A stretch of DNA of 63,982 nucleotides, counting the filler, from Phoronis australis (Eukaryota > Animalia > Phoronida), in assembly GCA_002633005.1 (NCBI GenBank). It is 6 parts of 6 records of this genome, joined end to end, with 100 filler letters (N's around TTAATTAATTAA, not from the genome) between each part and the next. Parts side by side here need not be neighbours in the genome. Positions count along the whole stretch, not along the records: positions 1 to 13,913 come from NMRA01000506.1; positions 14,014 to 23,989 come from NMRA01001776.1; positions 24,090 to 32,849 come from NMRA01001119.1; 3 more parts are not named here. One strand, given 5' to 3'. Below the pieces are notes generated by a model. That model ran no database searches. It was given only the letters and a program-made list of their open reading frames with translations, and had not been told where the DNA came from. Both the position numbers and the translations under genes were made by a program. Shown here piece by piece: positions 12,088 through 25,350 of this stretch (positions are counted from its first letter, which is position 1; each line of letters opens with the position of its first letter).

Positions 12088-12771
12088 TAGTCGGTGGGCC
12101 AGATTTTGTAGGGCCTCTAGAAAATGGTTTTTGTGAGTACTTTAGGGGGGCAATTTTATTTTGGTGTTTTTTAGTTCATTTATTAGAGTGTTTTCAAAAT
12201 CTAAAAAGTTCCCACATATAAAGTTGCACATTTTTGAGAAATTTGAGTTTGAAGTTACCTAATAATCACCAAAGAGCTTAGTAAACTTATATTTGTAAAA
12301 ACAACAGTTTTGGTGACTTTTTTGTAAAACAAGTAATATGGTCCCATCAGTGCCATTGTATTGAACAATATTACACTCACATTACATGTTTTACTATTGT
12401 AAATTAATTGTAAACAGTGAAATTTAAAAAACGTAAAGAGACACCTAGTGGCAAAAATACAAACTAAGTCTGAATGTTTCTAGGAAGTTATTCTGGCATT
12501 GTCAGGCAACAAAAATAACACAAAACACTTGAGACTGGGCAAAATTTGTGCCTCAATGACTAAAACATTGACTAATGGTGTAAAATACAGCTTGTTTGCA
12601 TAATACACCAGAAATATGTTATAGTACAAAAACAATATAGTTGAATGATCTCTGTGAATNACTTTTTGGAATTTGATTTTTAGTTATATTATCTAGCCAC
12701 ATAGAAAAAACTAGGTTGCCCCCCCAAAGTACTCACTAGGGTGAACGTTATGAGATTTGGCCCACCGACTA
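12088..12771 (-). mobile_element. Academ DNA transposon, short copy (internal N junction at 12660)
   Basis: TIR TAGTCGGTGGGCCA...TGGCCCACCGACTA, 3-bp TSD CTG; nearly identical to the ends of 33260-36414. Confidence 0.85.
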
Positions 12772-13483
12772 CTGTAGATGAAAACCAGTATTTTCTAGAA
12801 CGATAGCGACTGGATTGCCAAACACTTGCAACTATAGAATTCCCATCAATTTCAGGATTGTCACAAAATCATTCTTCCAGCTGAGAACCATCTATTCTCA
12901 AGTTGGAGCAAATTGTATTGTAAAAATGCCGATGTTGTCGGCAAAAATTCGGTCCATCGTTCATGTCACGTATATTTGCAATTCGTTGACTGAGTCCGGC
13001 AGTATCGCCATCATTCGGATCTGGATATCTGCATCTGAGTCAACGTCAGTATCTGAAACATCTCTCGAGTGTCGTTTTTTAAAATAATCTTTAACGTCCT
13101 TCTACGCCTTCCCGTAGCAGATGACATTACTAAGTATGTAGAATGCGCCTGTCAATCGGTAACGGAAGCCAGCATACAGTTAATAACGTAAACAGCACGC
13201 TAGGTAAACAAGACTCTGAGAGATTACCTTGGGTTTTCAACGAGAGCACGTGATTTTGGCTACAATTTCTAGCTGTCACCCAAATTCGGAACTACTTCCT
13301 TGAAACTGCAAACGTCGCACCAGTGGTAAAATCTAAATACAAATATCCACTTTAATAAACTTGTGCAAAACTTAAATGTCATGTAATATATCCTCTTACA
13401 CATGTTTATTGAGCTTGTGCTAACGGGTATAATGTGCGACATACACATATGTTTGAAAAGTGTAATTTGAGTTTAATTATGCT

Positions 13484-13556
13484 TGGACAAGTGTCTTATA
13501 GGTCAAGACAAGTAAATTTCATTTCTTCTCGTCCGATTGGACAAGTTTGAAGCCTG
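13484..13556. mobile_element. Probable hAT-type transposon end
   Basis: Repeated GACAAGT subterminal motifs ending in AAGCCTG (CAGGCTT on the minus strand). Confidence 0.35.
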
Positions 13557-13667
13557 CATAAGGGTTAAGTAAGTTTAGTTTCCAAGTCCATGATGTCCTA
13601 TTATTCAAAAACAACTTGAAATTATTTCCAAATTTAGTCAGGACTACCTGTAATTATGTACTGACCA

Positions 13668-13913
13668 CAACCACCACACCATTGACTACAATGCTCACAC
13701 ACCACACCATTGACTACAGCGCTCACACACCACCACACCATTGACTACATGCTCACACACCACCACGCGATTGACTACATGTTCACACACCACAACATCA
13801 TTGACTACATGTTCACACACCACAACATCATTGACTACATGCTCACACACCACAACATCATTGACTACATGCTCACACACCACAACATCATTGACTACAT
13901 GCCCACACACCAC
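13668..13913. repeat. 30-bp minisatellite (TTGACTACATGCTCACACACCACAACATCA), about 8 copies, running into a gap
   Basis: Directly visible 30-bp periodicity. Confidence 0.95.
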
Positions 13914-14013
13914 NNNNNNNNNNNNNNNNNNNNNNNNNNNNNNNNNNNNNNNNNNNNTTAATTAATTAANNNNNNNNNNNNNNNNNNNNNNNNNNNNNNN
14001 NNNNNNNNNNNNN
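13914..14013. other. Artificial scaffold linker N44-TTAATTAATTAA-N44
   Basis: The same 100-bp spacer occurs five times; the 12-mer places stops in all six frames. Confidence 0.95.
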
Positions 14014-14388
14014 AAAAATGTACCTCTGATACGAAACAAAAAAATGTCCATTACGTTGAAATAAATAACTGAAAAAAAAATGTCCTTGAAAACAACAATT
14101 TCCGAGGTCTATCGCTAGAGTGCTGAGATCCAGCAGGTGCCGAGACAAAGGCGGCCAGGCGTAGCCAACTCGGGAGTCAAAATCTGAGATAGCCCTGCAC
14201 CATAGCCACCAAGCTGAAAAGTGCATATCTAGGAACTAATATATTTGTGTTTATTATAGCCTTCGAGTTATCAAGCAACATCGCTAAGTTCAGCTACTCG
14301 TGTGGTCGTACAGTTTGATCCATAGTTTACGCTTTTCAACATCATTTTTCAGCTTAGGACATGCCAAAAAATTGCGGGATATTATAAC

Positions 14389-17300
14389 GGAGTGTAGTAG
14401 TATAGGAGAGTTCACTTGTGAGTTCGCTGTTACCGCTACTACTAGCGCCGCCAAGTGATGAACAAGCAACAGTCAACCAGGAAGCGCCAAAACAATGGGG
14501 AAAGACGCATTATGCAGTGCGATAAATTGCACTAATTCATCCACGACAACCCCAGACGTGTCGTTTTTTAGGTTTTCTAAGGATCCGGAAAGTTAAGTAT
14601 TATATGTTATTCAATAATATAATACATTGTCTTTCATTTTGTGTGTTCTGTTCACAGTTGTTAGACAAGTCGATCGCACGTCCCGGTGCCACTGTCTGTT
14701 GTTTGCAGTGTAGGCTAGGCCTACTGGTCAGCCGGCGNCAAATCAAAATGTCACTCTAACGATCGCAGGGATAATTTTAGGGAAACATAGCCATGGCCAT
14801 GGGTGAATATGAATCATCGTGGTGACACGGCCATGGCACAATCACAGCCAAAGGGACTCAAGTTTTCATCAGTCAAGTTAGAGACATAACGTAGAATTGT
14901 CGTGAGGACTTGACAGGTCGCCTCATTGGTCTCACGCTCCACTGATTTATATACACTAGCTTGAAAAGGCTTTGCCCAGTTACACATTTTGTGTCATAAA
15001 ACTGAGAGATAATCATACCTGCAGCTAATGCAGCTAGTAGAACTTGTCTCGTTTATCACATTGGTGTAGGCTCACAGAAGAACTGTGATTTTCTGTTGAG
15101 CCCAGACCGTCCGGAGTTGCACCATATACCAACTCCGGACTAGGCGGTCTCTCACGACGATTTAGCGTTATGGAATCTGTGGGTCTCGGTGAAAAGTTGT
15201 GCGGCCCCTTAAAATATCCGTGGATCGACATTTGAGTCCTAGTTTTTTTAGTTGACGCCAATACGCTTTTGTCTCTATCGCAATCACAGTACGACAGGAC
15301 TTCTGTAGTGTAGTGTAGTTTAGTGTAGGCTACCAGTCTTCTGTGTGAACCTGGTGAGTATGAGNCGTCCGGAGTTGCACCATATACCAACTCCGGACGG
15401 TCTCTCACGACGATTTAGCGTTATGGAATCTGTGGGTCTCGATGAAAAGTTGTGCGGCCCCTTAAAATATCCGTGGATCGACATTTGAGTCCTAGTTTTT
15501 TTAGTTGACGCTTTTGTCTCTATCACAATCACAGTACGACAGGACTTCTGTAGTGTAGTGCAGTTTAGTGTAGGCTACCAGTCTTCTGTGAACCTGGTGA
15601 GTATGAGGTTTGTTCCTGAGTCTCTCATTGGTTTCTGTTCAGATGCAAGCACTGGGAGCCGACCTTATGAATAGAGTGCATCCTACTTGTCCAAGAACTG
15701 CAACTTATTCTCTCATCACTTCGAGGACTCCATGTTGATGAATGAAGAACAAGCTGGTATTGAATGCAGTGCCCGAGCAGTATTTGATGTCCCCAGTCCA
15801 CCAAAAATGAAGACGTCTAAAAGTTCTACGGAAATTATGTTACAGCTGTGGAATAGGCTTTTTGCATTTCTGATTATCGTCTCACAAACCAAGTACTGGA
15901 ACATCACGTGTAGAAAGGACAATTAGTCAAAATCTGGTTTTCGTATTTTACTAAGGTTGATCAGATTGAAACAGTTTATGCATGGTTAGCCTGTGATTTG
16001 AAGAGAGCCAAAGTGAAACTGATGAGTCTTTTAGAGTCTGAATGGTGGGCTGACATTTTGTTAAACCCAAGCTATCCGTATCATTTTGCTTCTCAATAAC
16101 ACTGAAACACCTCTGTGAGTAAATTAGTTATCAGCTTCAACGCATTTCGTTGGCAAGAAGAGCTGTTGTTTACTAGTGAATAGAGAGTGAGAAGGTTGGT
16201 TAGATTTTCTTGTTGTATTGGTGTATGTGTTGCCTATTTTGTACGTTTTTGGAGATTGTGATTAATTTAAGCTCCAGTTGTGGCTAAGTAACAAATATGA
16301 TCTTGTGGTCTAGCTTTAGCTTACCTGAAATATTTACTGTTATTGATAATATGAACAGTGGGTATAGAAAATAAAAATTTTAGTTTTATCATCCATTAAA
16401 AGTCTTTTTAATTCAGTTTTGTATGAAGTTGTGTGGCTAGTGAATATTTTGATTGCTGTTCAGCACCTCTTAACTTTTTTGTCATGACATTTTGAGCTTG
16501 GACTGGTTATGGTGGGGATATACTCAATGTGGGGGGGGNNNNNNNNNNNNNNNNNNNNNNNNNNNNNNNNNNNNNNNNNNNNNNNNNNNNNNNNNNNNNN
16601 NNNNNNNNNNNNNNNNNNNNNNNNNNNNNNNNNNNNNNNNNNNNNNNNNNNNNNNNNNNNNNNNNNNNNNNNNNNNNNNNNNNNNNNNNNNNNNNNNNNN
16701 NNNNNNNNNNNNNNNNNNNNNNNNNNNNNNNNNNNNNNNNNNNNNNNNNNNNNNNNNNNNNNNNNNNNNNNNNNNNNNNNNNNNNNNNNNNNNNNNNNNN
16801 NNNNNNNNNNNNNNNNNNNNNNNNNNNNNNNNNNNNNNNNNNNNNNNNNNNNNNNNNNNNNNNNNNNNNNNNNNNNNNNNNNNNNNNNNNNNNNNNNNNN
16901 NNNNNNNNNNNNNNNNNNNNNNNNNNNNNNNNNNNNNNNNNNNNNNNNNNNNNNNNNNNNNNNNNNNNNNNNNNNNNNNNNNNNNNNNNNNNNNNNNNNN
17001 NNNNNNNNNNNNNNNNNNNNNNNNNNNNNNNNNNNNNNNNNNNNNNNNNNNNNNNNNNNNNNNNNNNNNNNNNNNNNNNNNNNNNNNNNNNNNNNNNNNN
17101 NNNNNNNNNNNNNNNNNNNNNNNNNNNNNNNNNNNNNNNNNNNNNNNNNNNNNNNNNNNNNNNGTGATAGATTTTGAAGGGAGCTTCAAAAGAATAAAAA
17201 CAAATACACTTTAATATTGATTAAAATACACATTTTCATTCTCATTCGATTATAAGTGGATGTTAGTTTACGTATTCTAACCATTTTCAATCACACAGTA

Positions 17301-17476
17301 ATTTTATTGCACGTTGAACGTCATTAAAGTATGAATTCATCAGTGTTTACATTGTTCGGACTGCGCTCCTAAGTAAGTATTGATTATTCACCGCTTGGAG
17401 CGCTAGTGTTTCGACCGGTAACCATTGCGGCGAATGGTAAAATGGCGGAGTGAACTCTGCTATACTCGTACACTCC
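14389..17476 (+). mobile_element. Decayed THAP-containing (P-element-like) DNA transposon
   Basis: TIR GGAGTGTAGTAGTATAGGAGAGTTCACT vs reverse complement of the right end GGAGTGTACGAGTATAGCAGAGTTCACT; encloses THAP exons. Confidence 0.65.
14495..15823 (+). pseudogene. Two-exon THAP-domain relic (14495-14592 and ~15643-15823)
   Basis: MGKDALCSAINCTNS...VSFFRFSKDPE, then RCKHW...YLSKNCNLFSHHFEDS...VFDVPSPP; frameshifts and a degraded donor site. Confidence 0.75.
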
Positions 17477-18971
17477 TTGCTTTTACCTTGTGCACGAGGT
17501 TGTTTCGTCATGTGTACCGTTCACTTGCTAAAGCTTCACAGCATAATGTAAGTTTGTGCTCCATGTTGCACCACTTGCCACACAAGAACACATTGGCTCA
17601 TCGAATGATCCTCAAATACTCAGGTCACTTCATTTTGTCTGTACACTGACGAAATGACGAAATTGGCTCTTAGAGGCTTCATCTTCAAAAGATCGTCCCA
17701 TTGCTCTGCTATTCTCAAAATGCTTTCCCACTTAGACCATGGGTCTCCCTGGCCGATCTGCAAGGCTCTGATGACTCGTCTCGTGTAGTGTTGGCTCTGT
17801 GGGCCGGTCGATTATTGAGCTAGCGGCGAATCCAAGAAACTACTGGCCTTTACTCACGGAGCCTACAAGCTGTTTTTGGCGGAGACAGCTCTCACCTTCG
17901 TCTGTTATTTTGTCACTTGTCCACTTGTTATGGTGGCCAGTTTTTTCTATCATCACTTTCGTCTTTTTTCTGGTAGTCAGTGGTTTTTCTTATATCGCCT
18001 ATCATGAACAAAAACTGACTAGTGCCGTTTCATCTAGTGTAAGGCAAGGACTTTTGACCAGCGAACCGTGCATGGCTAATAAAAGAACATCCGATTTTTG
18101 AAAAACGATTTCTAATTCCGCCTGTTCACAACCGGCTATATTTTGAGTGCCTGCACAGGTGTTTGATGACTTTGGAGGCCCATCTAGTTTTTACAAGTCC
18201 CAAAAAATCTGAGGTCTGGTAACCTGATTGTAGTCAAATCAAGCTCTGCTACAGTATGCAACCGTCAATATATAGACCATTTTCACTTAAACCGGAGGTC
18301 AATGGGAATGGACAACAATTTCGTATCAATTTAGAATTAAATAAACTGAGTCACATTCCGTACAATGTCTTTTACTTGCTAATTAATTGAAGATTTCTAT
18401 GTTATTTTAGCAGCAGTTTTTAATGTTTTCGGTAATAATAAATCAATTGAAGAAATCGAAGTGTTTACTAGAAACTACCCGGATGGCGCCATGTTGAGAC
18501 GTCTATTACTCAACGCGACAGCAGTGTCGTTCACTCTATGGTTCAGAGGTCAATGGTTCGACAACATATTGGTTGACATTTTCTTGTTGCTATGACGACC
18601 ATGCTATCGTTTTAGAATGTTGACTGGGAGGATGCATGGGACCCTCGAGTCAGAATAGCCAACGCCGTGTCTGTTTCTGAATGTGTTAAGAAACACAGAG
18701 TGAAGAAGGACGAAAATGGAACACCAGAAGTCCGTATGAGTAAGTCTGTTCTACTAATAGAACCATGCTGCATGTGCGCAACCTCCTCTTTAGATTGCTC
18801 TCGACCTGAAACGAGGGCTCCAGTCAGAACCCAGATACCATTTTACGAAAAGAAACTCAGAATAGTTGAACGGGTTGATCTAATTAGTCAATGTTGAAAC
18901 ATATTTGAAACAAGTCTCTTAAAGTTTGCAAGTTGCGGGTTTTATTGAAACTGAAATTCTTATGCCGTGTC

Positions 18972-18974
<3 letters not shown>

Positions 18975-19006
<32 letters not shown>

Positions 19007-19026
19007 GCGTGTGCGTGTGCGTGTGT
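18975..19026. repeat. (GT)n/(GTGTGC)n microsatellite
   Basis: Visible. Confidence 0.95.
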
Positions 19027-19652
19027 ATGTGAGTGATAAATAGGGGACAAAAGCCAAAAATATACTTTTATATTTTTCCCATTTTAGTGTAAGCTTTTTC
19101 TCGCTTGATCTGTTTACAAAACTACGATTAACCGCGTTTTTTCGGTCGATATGATATGTGCACGAAATTGTTTCTTAGAACGAAGTCAAGATGATGCATG
19201 ACCTCAGTCACAAAATAACACAAGTGAAAGGCGAATACGCTTAGGCACCTTACTAACGTAATTTAGCAATCTACCCATCTGTTCGGTGTGGATGGGATAT
19301 TAATTGTATTAGTACCATAAATTATGAATGCTACGGTCCCAAATTTAATAGAAAATTAAAAAATCTCGCTACCTATTCTAAGTGCTGGAATATTCGAAGA
19401 ATGCTCTTATAGCCTCGTAGAATGTTAATTTGTTGGTGTCCTGCTCTTTTCTATTTTGTTCTCGTCACTTAGGCATTAAACCTTACAGAGAAAGTTCGCC
19501 GCTTTGCTATGGGCTTCAGCTTCTGCAATATATCGTCGGATAACAATTGACTACTGTAGGTGGGTTCCCAGAACCAGTCCAGCATTTCTAGTGCTACGCT
19601 AATGACACAAATCGTTTTCACAGAGACAGGAAACTAGATAGTCACGGTGAAC

Positions 19653-21511
19653 CAGTGGCGGATATAGGATATCATAAGGGGGGGACAACATTTTGTCTGT
19701 AAGCATTTGCGCAAACCACAATTGTAGATGCGCATAGCACCGAATGGGGGGAGGTCGGGTGGGCAATTTTTTTTCTGTTTTTCCTCTAAAAATCAAGCAT
19801 TTTCCTTGATTCCTGAAGCATTATCCAAGAAAAAGAAGAAAAAAAGGAGAACGTGCCAACAGGAAAAACTGCAAAAACCATGAATGTCAGACCATTGACT
19901 GTGGGTTTGTTTAAAAGGTAGCTATGCTTTGAGATTGTGCGTAGGTGGAGAGTGAATAATCAAATCCAGTAATTAATTTATTATATGATAACCCCTAATT
20001 AGACAAATGAAACCTATTGTTAATTAAGTAATCAACTACAAAGAGTAACTACGCTAGCGCCCTCTTTAAAGATTACTTTAATCAAACAACCAAAACAATC
20101 AAATGTCTTATCTGCTGTCCAAGCTAGGACTCTCCACTTGTTGGATGTCTGTCCTGTTGGTGAATCTTCGAACTACACACACTGTATAGCGACAGTGTAC
20201 TTGCTGGTCACCGTCTCTGGTGATGCAACACTTGCAGGCAATTTCTTCTACCCGCAACTCTTCTTGCTGGTCACAACACTTCAGGTAGTATCTTACTAAC
20301 CACAATGCAAGTGACAAGCTCTTGGTTAACTTCCTGTTCGTTAACCATTGCCCTTGCCAAGATCCCTTCTAGAATCTTCCACGAGATGGCTATGTCGTAC
20401 AATTGCTTCTGTACACTGTAGCAAGTCTTTATGCTTCAACTACTTTAGCGCATCTAATTACCTTGTTGATTTCAGCCCATAATGTAACACTCTACTTATT
20501 TAGTGATTGGCTAATAAAAACCACATGATCATATCCACTCATATTATTGGCTGTTACAATTTGTTCTCAGAATATTCTAGAATCTCTAGAGTACTTTGAC
20601 CCCAGAACCCAAAGTTGTAAACACCATCTAAAAATAGATTTTGACGTTAAAATACATGTCAACAAGTCTGATCCCATGATTTAAAAGTACATATGCACAA
20701 ATTTTGGGCAACTTAAAATGGATCTATTCTTACTAATTACTTAATCAATATTTATTCTGACAATGAACTCGAACGCACGACCTGGAGGATAGAGGGCGGG
20801 TCCTTTACCACTACACCACCACGATTTAAATCCTAATTTGATAGTAAGAGACCTACTTGTTCATGTCCACAGCGTTTTCGCATGAAACCTACTTCTTTTT
20901 GTAATGCTTATTACACGTTCTATATTTTGTGCAATCGGTTCGTAACAAGTTGTATTTAAAATACATGTAGTCTTCAATTGCCCAAAAGACCAAATCCGTT
21001 TTTCGTGTTGGCAATAATGACAGGATTGCTTTGGAAATCGTCTTAAGGTTTGACAAAGAGAGAATTATGAGTTTCTGAGTGATTCACTAAGGCTTTGATT
21101 AAAATTCACATCTTACCAGCAGCTTCTGTTTTTTCATCGTCACTCAGGTTCCATTTTCTTTAAAAAAATGTAGTTATTTTCTTCATTGCACAGTGGAGCA
21201 GACGACGGAAACGGAGTCGTACTGCGCAGCGCCACTGCCGGTCGCGTGGGATATCGCGGGAGAGCCTATACTTTGCCATAGTTCCCTAACAATTGTGCCG
21301 TGTTCCGAATTTGACCCTTGAAATTGGATCTGAGCCCCNCCCCCCCCCCCCCTCCCACCCCAGAACACTAAAAATGCACACATTTAAATCTCGTTTCATC
21401 CGTATCATTTTAATTACCGGTATTAACTCAACATTTCCCTACGCTCATGCTCTTTTATTTTTTTTGCGGCAGCAAAGGGGGGGGGGGTGGCCCCCTCTAA
21501 ATCCACCTATG
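19653..21511 (+). mobile_element. Non-autonomous hAT-like element (CAGTGGCGGAT terminus) with an internal tRNA-like segment, interrupted by a solo LTR
   Basis: Homologous to 63396-63982 (+) and 59442-59757 (-); flanks TGAAC/TGGAC; the right end lies beyond an N at 21339 and is less certain. Confidence 0.65.
19885..20762. mobile_element. Solo LTR (878 bp)
   Basis: TGTCAGA...TCTGACA termini, exact 5-bp TSD ATGAA (19880-19884 and 20763-20767); absent from the uninterrupted host copy near 63715. Confidence 0.85.
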
Positions 21512-22967
21512 TGGACAATCGCATTTTGGAATTAAATTCACGAGCGAGGTCAGTTTAAATCTCTGTCTACGGTACGTTACCTAGGTATTTTGAAGTAACC
21601 TTATGCATTTTAACTAGCGCGAAACAGTCGAAATTAGAGGACAAGTTGCTGCCATTTTCACTGCTGTAGTATGCGAAGGTATTTATCCGTTGATTCGTTG
21701 GGGATTTTTTGCAAATTATATGTGAATAGACAATTTCAAGGAAAATCCTAAGGGTACAAGTTTTTTTCCCTAAAACTCGATGATCTCAAGTTAAACGCTA
21801 TTTCATGATTCGGCAATGAGATCTTTTTGGAAAAAGTACCGATTAATCTCGTTCTGTGCCGTCCGTTTCTTGCTCCGGCTTGCTCAAGATAGTCGAGGCT
21901 TTCTTTACAGATGATCCCTGGTGCACTGTTGTTCTGGTGCTGCAGGTTACATTTCTTATCTGATCGTTATGAAATTCACACACAAAATGTGACATGTTAG
22001 TGGTCGGTTTTGCCAAGTTTAAGTTAAAAGCAATGTGGCGCTGATGCTTCAATTTTGCTATTTTTCAGTTTGTAGAGTCACAGCCCCACTGTCCTGGAGT
22101 TTTGTTTTATAATAAAATATGAAACGTGTACTAGATCTTTTAAGGGTCATCTGGATTGTTTATTTACTTTTCACTTCGATTTAAGTGCCCAAATGCACGA
22201 AATAATCCCTAATAGGGACTTAACTAAGGTCCCTAAATCTTTTGCATATTTGTGTCGGTCTTTACTCACAGATGTTATATTTTCTTTATTATGAGCTCGT
22301 TTCTGACTAATGGCATTTTCTAATAATACATGTATAACTAAATTTTGAGCCCTTATATAAGTCAAAATAATTGGGGACTTAGCCCTTAAAAGGGAACTGT
22401 ATTTTATTCTGAATAAATTCTGGATAGTTTTCTATGAATTGTTGATTAATTTCAAAAATAATTCAACACCAAAAATTAAACTTATATTCTCTAACGAAGC
22501 TCAAAAAATTACCGGCTTGTGACGTATTTGGCGGGGGCAAAGTCACTGTCCTGTGTTAGCGTGCAATCAAGTAGCGTTTTTCATATTGTCGGAATAAGAA
22601 ATTTTAGTATGAAATTTCGGGTCACAAGGGATACCTGTTTGAGCCGAGGCAACACAAAGTGATAACCAGTCCTCGTCATCGTCAGACGAAAATTTGCCGG
22701 TGCAACTGGTGTCAGTGACTGTGCCGAGGGCAATGTGGACTCTAGCCATNGTGAAATTTCGGGTCACAAGGGATACCTGTTTGAGCCGAGGCAACACAAA
22801 GTGATACCCAGTCATCGTCATCGTCAAACGAAAATTTGCCGGTGCAACTGGTGTCAGTGACTGTGCCGAGGGCAATGTGGACTCTAGCCATCCAGTCAGC
22901 CAACTGTCAACCAATACTCCGGCAGCTCTGTAAACTTGAAGGGTTGGTAAGTTACCGACTGTAGCTG

Positions 22968-23200
22968 TATGAAGACTATCGTACCACTGTGTGTTGAGCT
23001 CCGTTAACCCGAAATTTCAGACAGCCGTTTGACTACCCGGGTATAGTTGACTCAGTTATGCTCGTCACCTCGTCGTAAAACTTAGGCTACATCAACATAT
23101 AAAGCTAACGGACCGGCGGGGGCGCATGCAAAATCTGGTATAGTCACCCGACACTCCCATTGTTCGTTGCAGCCGTTTAAGTGGAAAACAATCAAATAAA
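22968..23200 (+). repeat. Dispersed repeat matching the 3' half of the SINE at 1636-1855
   Basis: Reverse-complement matches include TACCCGGGTATAGTTGACT, AAAGCTAACGGACCGG and GGAAAACAATCAAATAAA. Confidence 0.8.
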
Positions 23201-23235
23201 CGTCATTTGGTAACATTATTTGCCGCCTTTTTAAC

Positions 23236-23603
23236 AAAGAAGTGTGTCGTCCGTTTCAAGAACAGCAATGAGATAAATATAGCTCGTTGCGTGACACGGC
23301 GCACGCGCCATTTCATAAAAATTTGAGATGTCTTTCGGGACATGATAACATCTTCGCAGCACCAAGGTTGTTCTAAAATTCGGTTTGCTGGTGTAAAAAT
23401 ACTAAAAACTTGAAACAAAATGAAACAAAAAGAAGTGTGTCGTCCATTTCAAGAACAGCACGCTCGTGACACGGCGCACGCGCCATTTCATAAAAATTTG
23501 AGACGTCTTTCGGGACATGATAACAGCTTCGCAGCACCAAGGTTGTTCTAAAATTCGGTTTGCTGATGTAAAAATACTAAAAACATGAAACAAAATGAAA
23601 CAA
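23236..23603. repeat. Tandem duplication of a ~170-190-bp unit
   Basis: AGAAGTGTGTCGTCC...CAGCACCAAGGTTGTTCTAAAATTCGG occurs twice. Confidence 0.9.
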
Positions 23604-23989
23604 GCTCCGATAATTTGTTATAACATGTATGCAACCCAGGTACTGTCATCGACGAACACTTGATAAAAGAATCAGGGGGAAAAGAAACTGGTAAAGGTCA
23701 GGTGACGTAATCGCAAAAAGCCGAGAACACATCACACGATGAACGATCGCTAACATTTCCAACACCGGTAAATACAGAAGTTAGTTTACTCTAGGAACCT
23801 GGTTCCTACGTTTACTCAAGGATGACTTAGTTTTAATGACATTTATTTGAGTCAGATTTTATTTGTACATTTTTTACCCATATCGGCTAAAACCTGTAGG
23901 CCCATATCTACACTGATCTTTGGGCCAAGGCTTGGGTAACCCGGCGATGGTATGCGATGACCATCCCTTTAGAAGACGCCTTTTTCGAA

Positions 23990-24089
23990 NNNNNNNNNNN
24001 NNNNNNNNNNNNNNNNNNNNNNNNNNNNNNNNNTTAATTAATTAANNNNNNNNNNNNNNNNNNNNNNNNNNNNNNNNNNNNNNNNNNNN
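23990..24089. other. Artificial scaffold linker
   Basis: N44-TTAATTAATTAA-N44. Confidence 0.95.
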
Positions 24090-24728
24090 CTTTCTTCACT
24101 GAACTCGTTCCCACATCCATTACTGTTACGTTTAATGCAAAATTCGTTAAAATTGAGAAAGCGCATGACTGTTTTGATGGTCGGCAACCCTCTTTGCGCT
24201 CCGAATACGCAAGTCCAGCTTTTTATTGGGAAACCATGCGCTGACAGCGCAAACTCGACATTTTTTATTGAGAAAACGCATTTTTACAAAAGAGAATTGA
24301 TTGTCTGTAACGTTTCATGTGCGTCAACAACGCCGACGACGCACATTTCTTATTGGGAAAGCCAGCTTTTCAAAAATTAATCGCTCAGACCATTTGAGTC
24401 TCATTTACCTGTAATTATACTGCTATCAAATGACCGAGCCAGCATTGTTGATACTACGACCGCTCATCGAAATAATGTAAACCCACGAAATTCGGACACT
24501 GGCGGAAACCCAAATTTGGAGGTCCGCCAAATTCGGACACCACAAAATGATATTTCGCGAGATTCGTCCAAGAATGAATTTTTTCTATTGGAATTAATTT
24601 TCAGTGTCCGAAAATCATGCGACTTTACCGTACCTTCTCGGAATTGTTCTGTTACTATATCTTGTCACTGAAAGCCACATTTATGTTCCGACTGATCTTA
24701 AAAAAACACAACAAGCAAACCTTCGGAG

Positions 24729-25350
24729 AACCTAAATATCGGACACCATGTTTCCCCATACGCCACACCGCGGAAAACTGACTAACCACGTAATGGCCGC
24801 GGGCACCTTGTAGCCAAATTTCAGCTCAAGTGTTTTGACATATATGCTGCTAGAACACAGGTCCATTTGCAACAAAATTATCCATAAAATGAAATCTGAC
24901 AACGGCGCCAAGTCGTTTCGATGAATTAGTGCAGACGACTAAAGCACGTGCAAACTCACTGCAGATTTTAGTATCACTTTGGCTTCTTGATATGACACCG
25001 CAGTCGGGGTTTGACTTGAGTTTAAAAACAAATGAAAAAATGAAACAATGACATATTGTCAGTTCAATGAGATGGTTTCATTGTGGAAAAAGATTTTATT
25101 TTCAACTTTTATTATAAACGCTTTATGCAATCGTGCATTTTAGGCCGACTTGGGCCCTTGGGGGTCTAAACTGCACCCTCTCTCGGTGAAATCAAAACGA
25201 GGCAACGCTGTAAAAAACGAGACGGTGCCGGACATTGAATACATTACAACGGGACAAAAATTGGTGTCATTTAATTCTCAAATTATGCTTCAAGTAGGAT
25301 TCTATGAATAAAAATGTCCGATATTTAGGTTCCGTCCGATAATTAGGTAC
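24729..25350. mobile_element. Probable MITE upstream of PRIM2
   Basis: AACCTAAATATCGGACA (~24729) is mirrored by TGTCCGATATTTAGGTT (~25315). Confidence 0.45.

Noticed and set aside
13695-13965. His/Thr/Val-rich repeat ORFs
   Set aside because: They are translations of the 30-bp minisatellite.
13958-13969. TTAATTAATTAA as a recurring biological motif
   Set aside because: It is always centred in 44+44 Ns, so it is an assembly spacer.
16492-17214. Long ORFs made of X residues (also 41402-42572 and 58903-59561)
   Set aside because: They are artefacts of N gaps.
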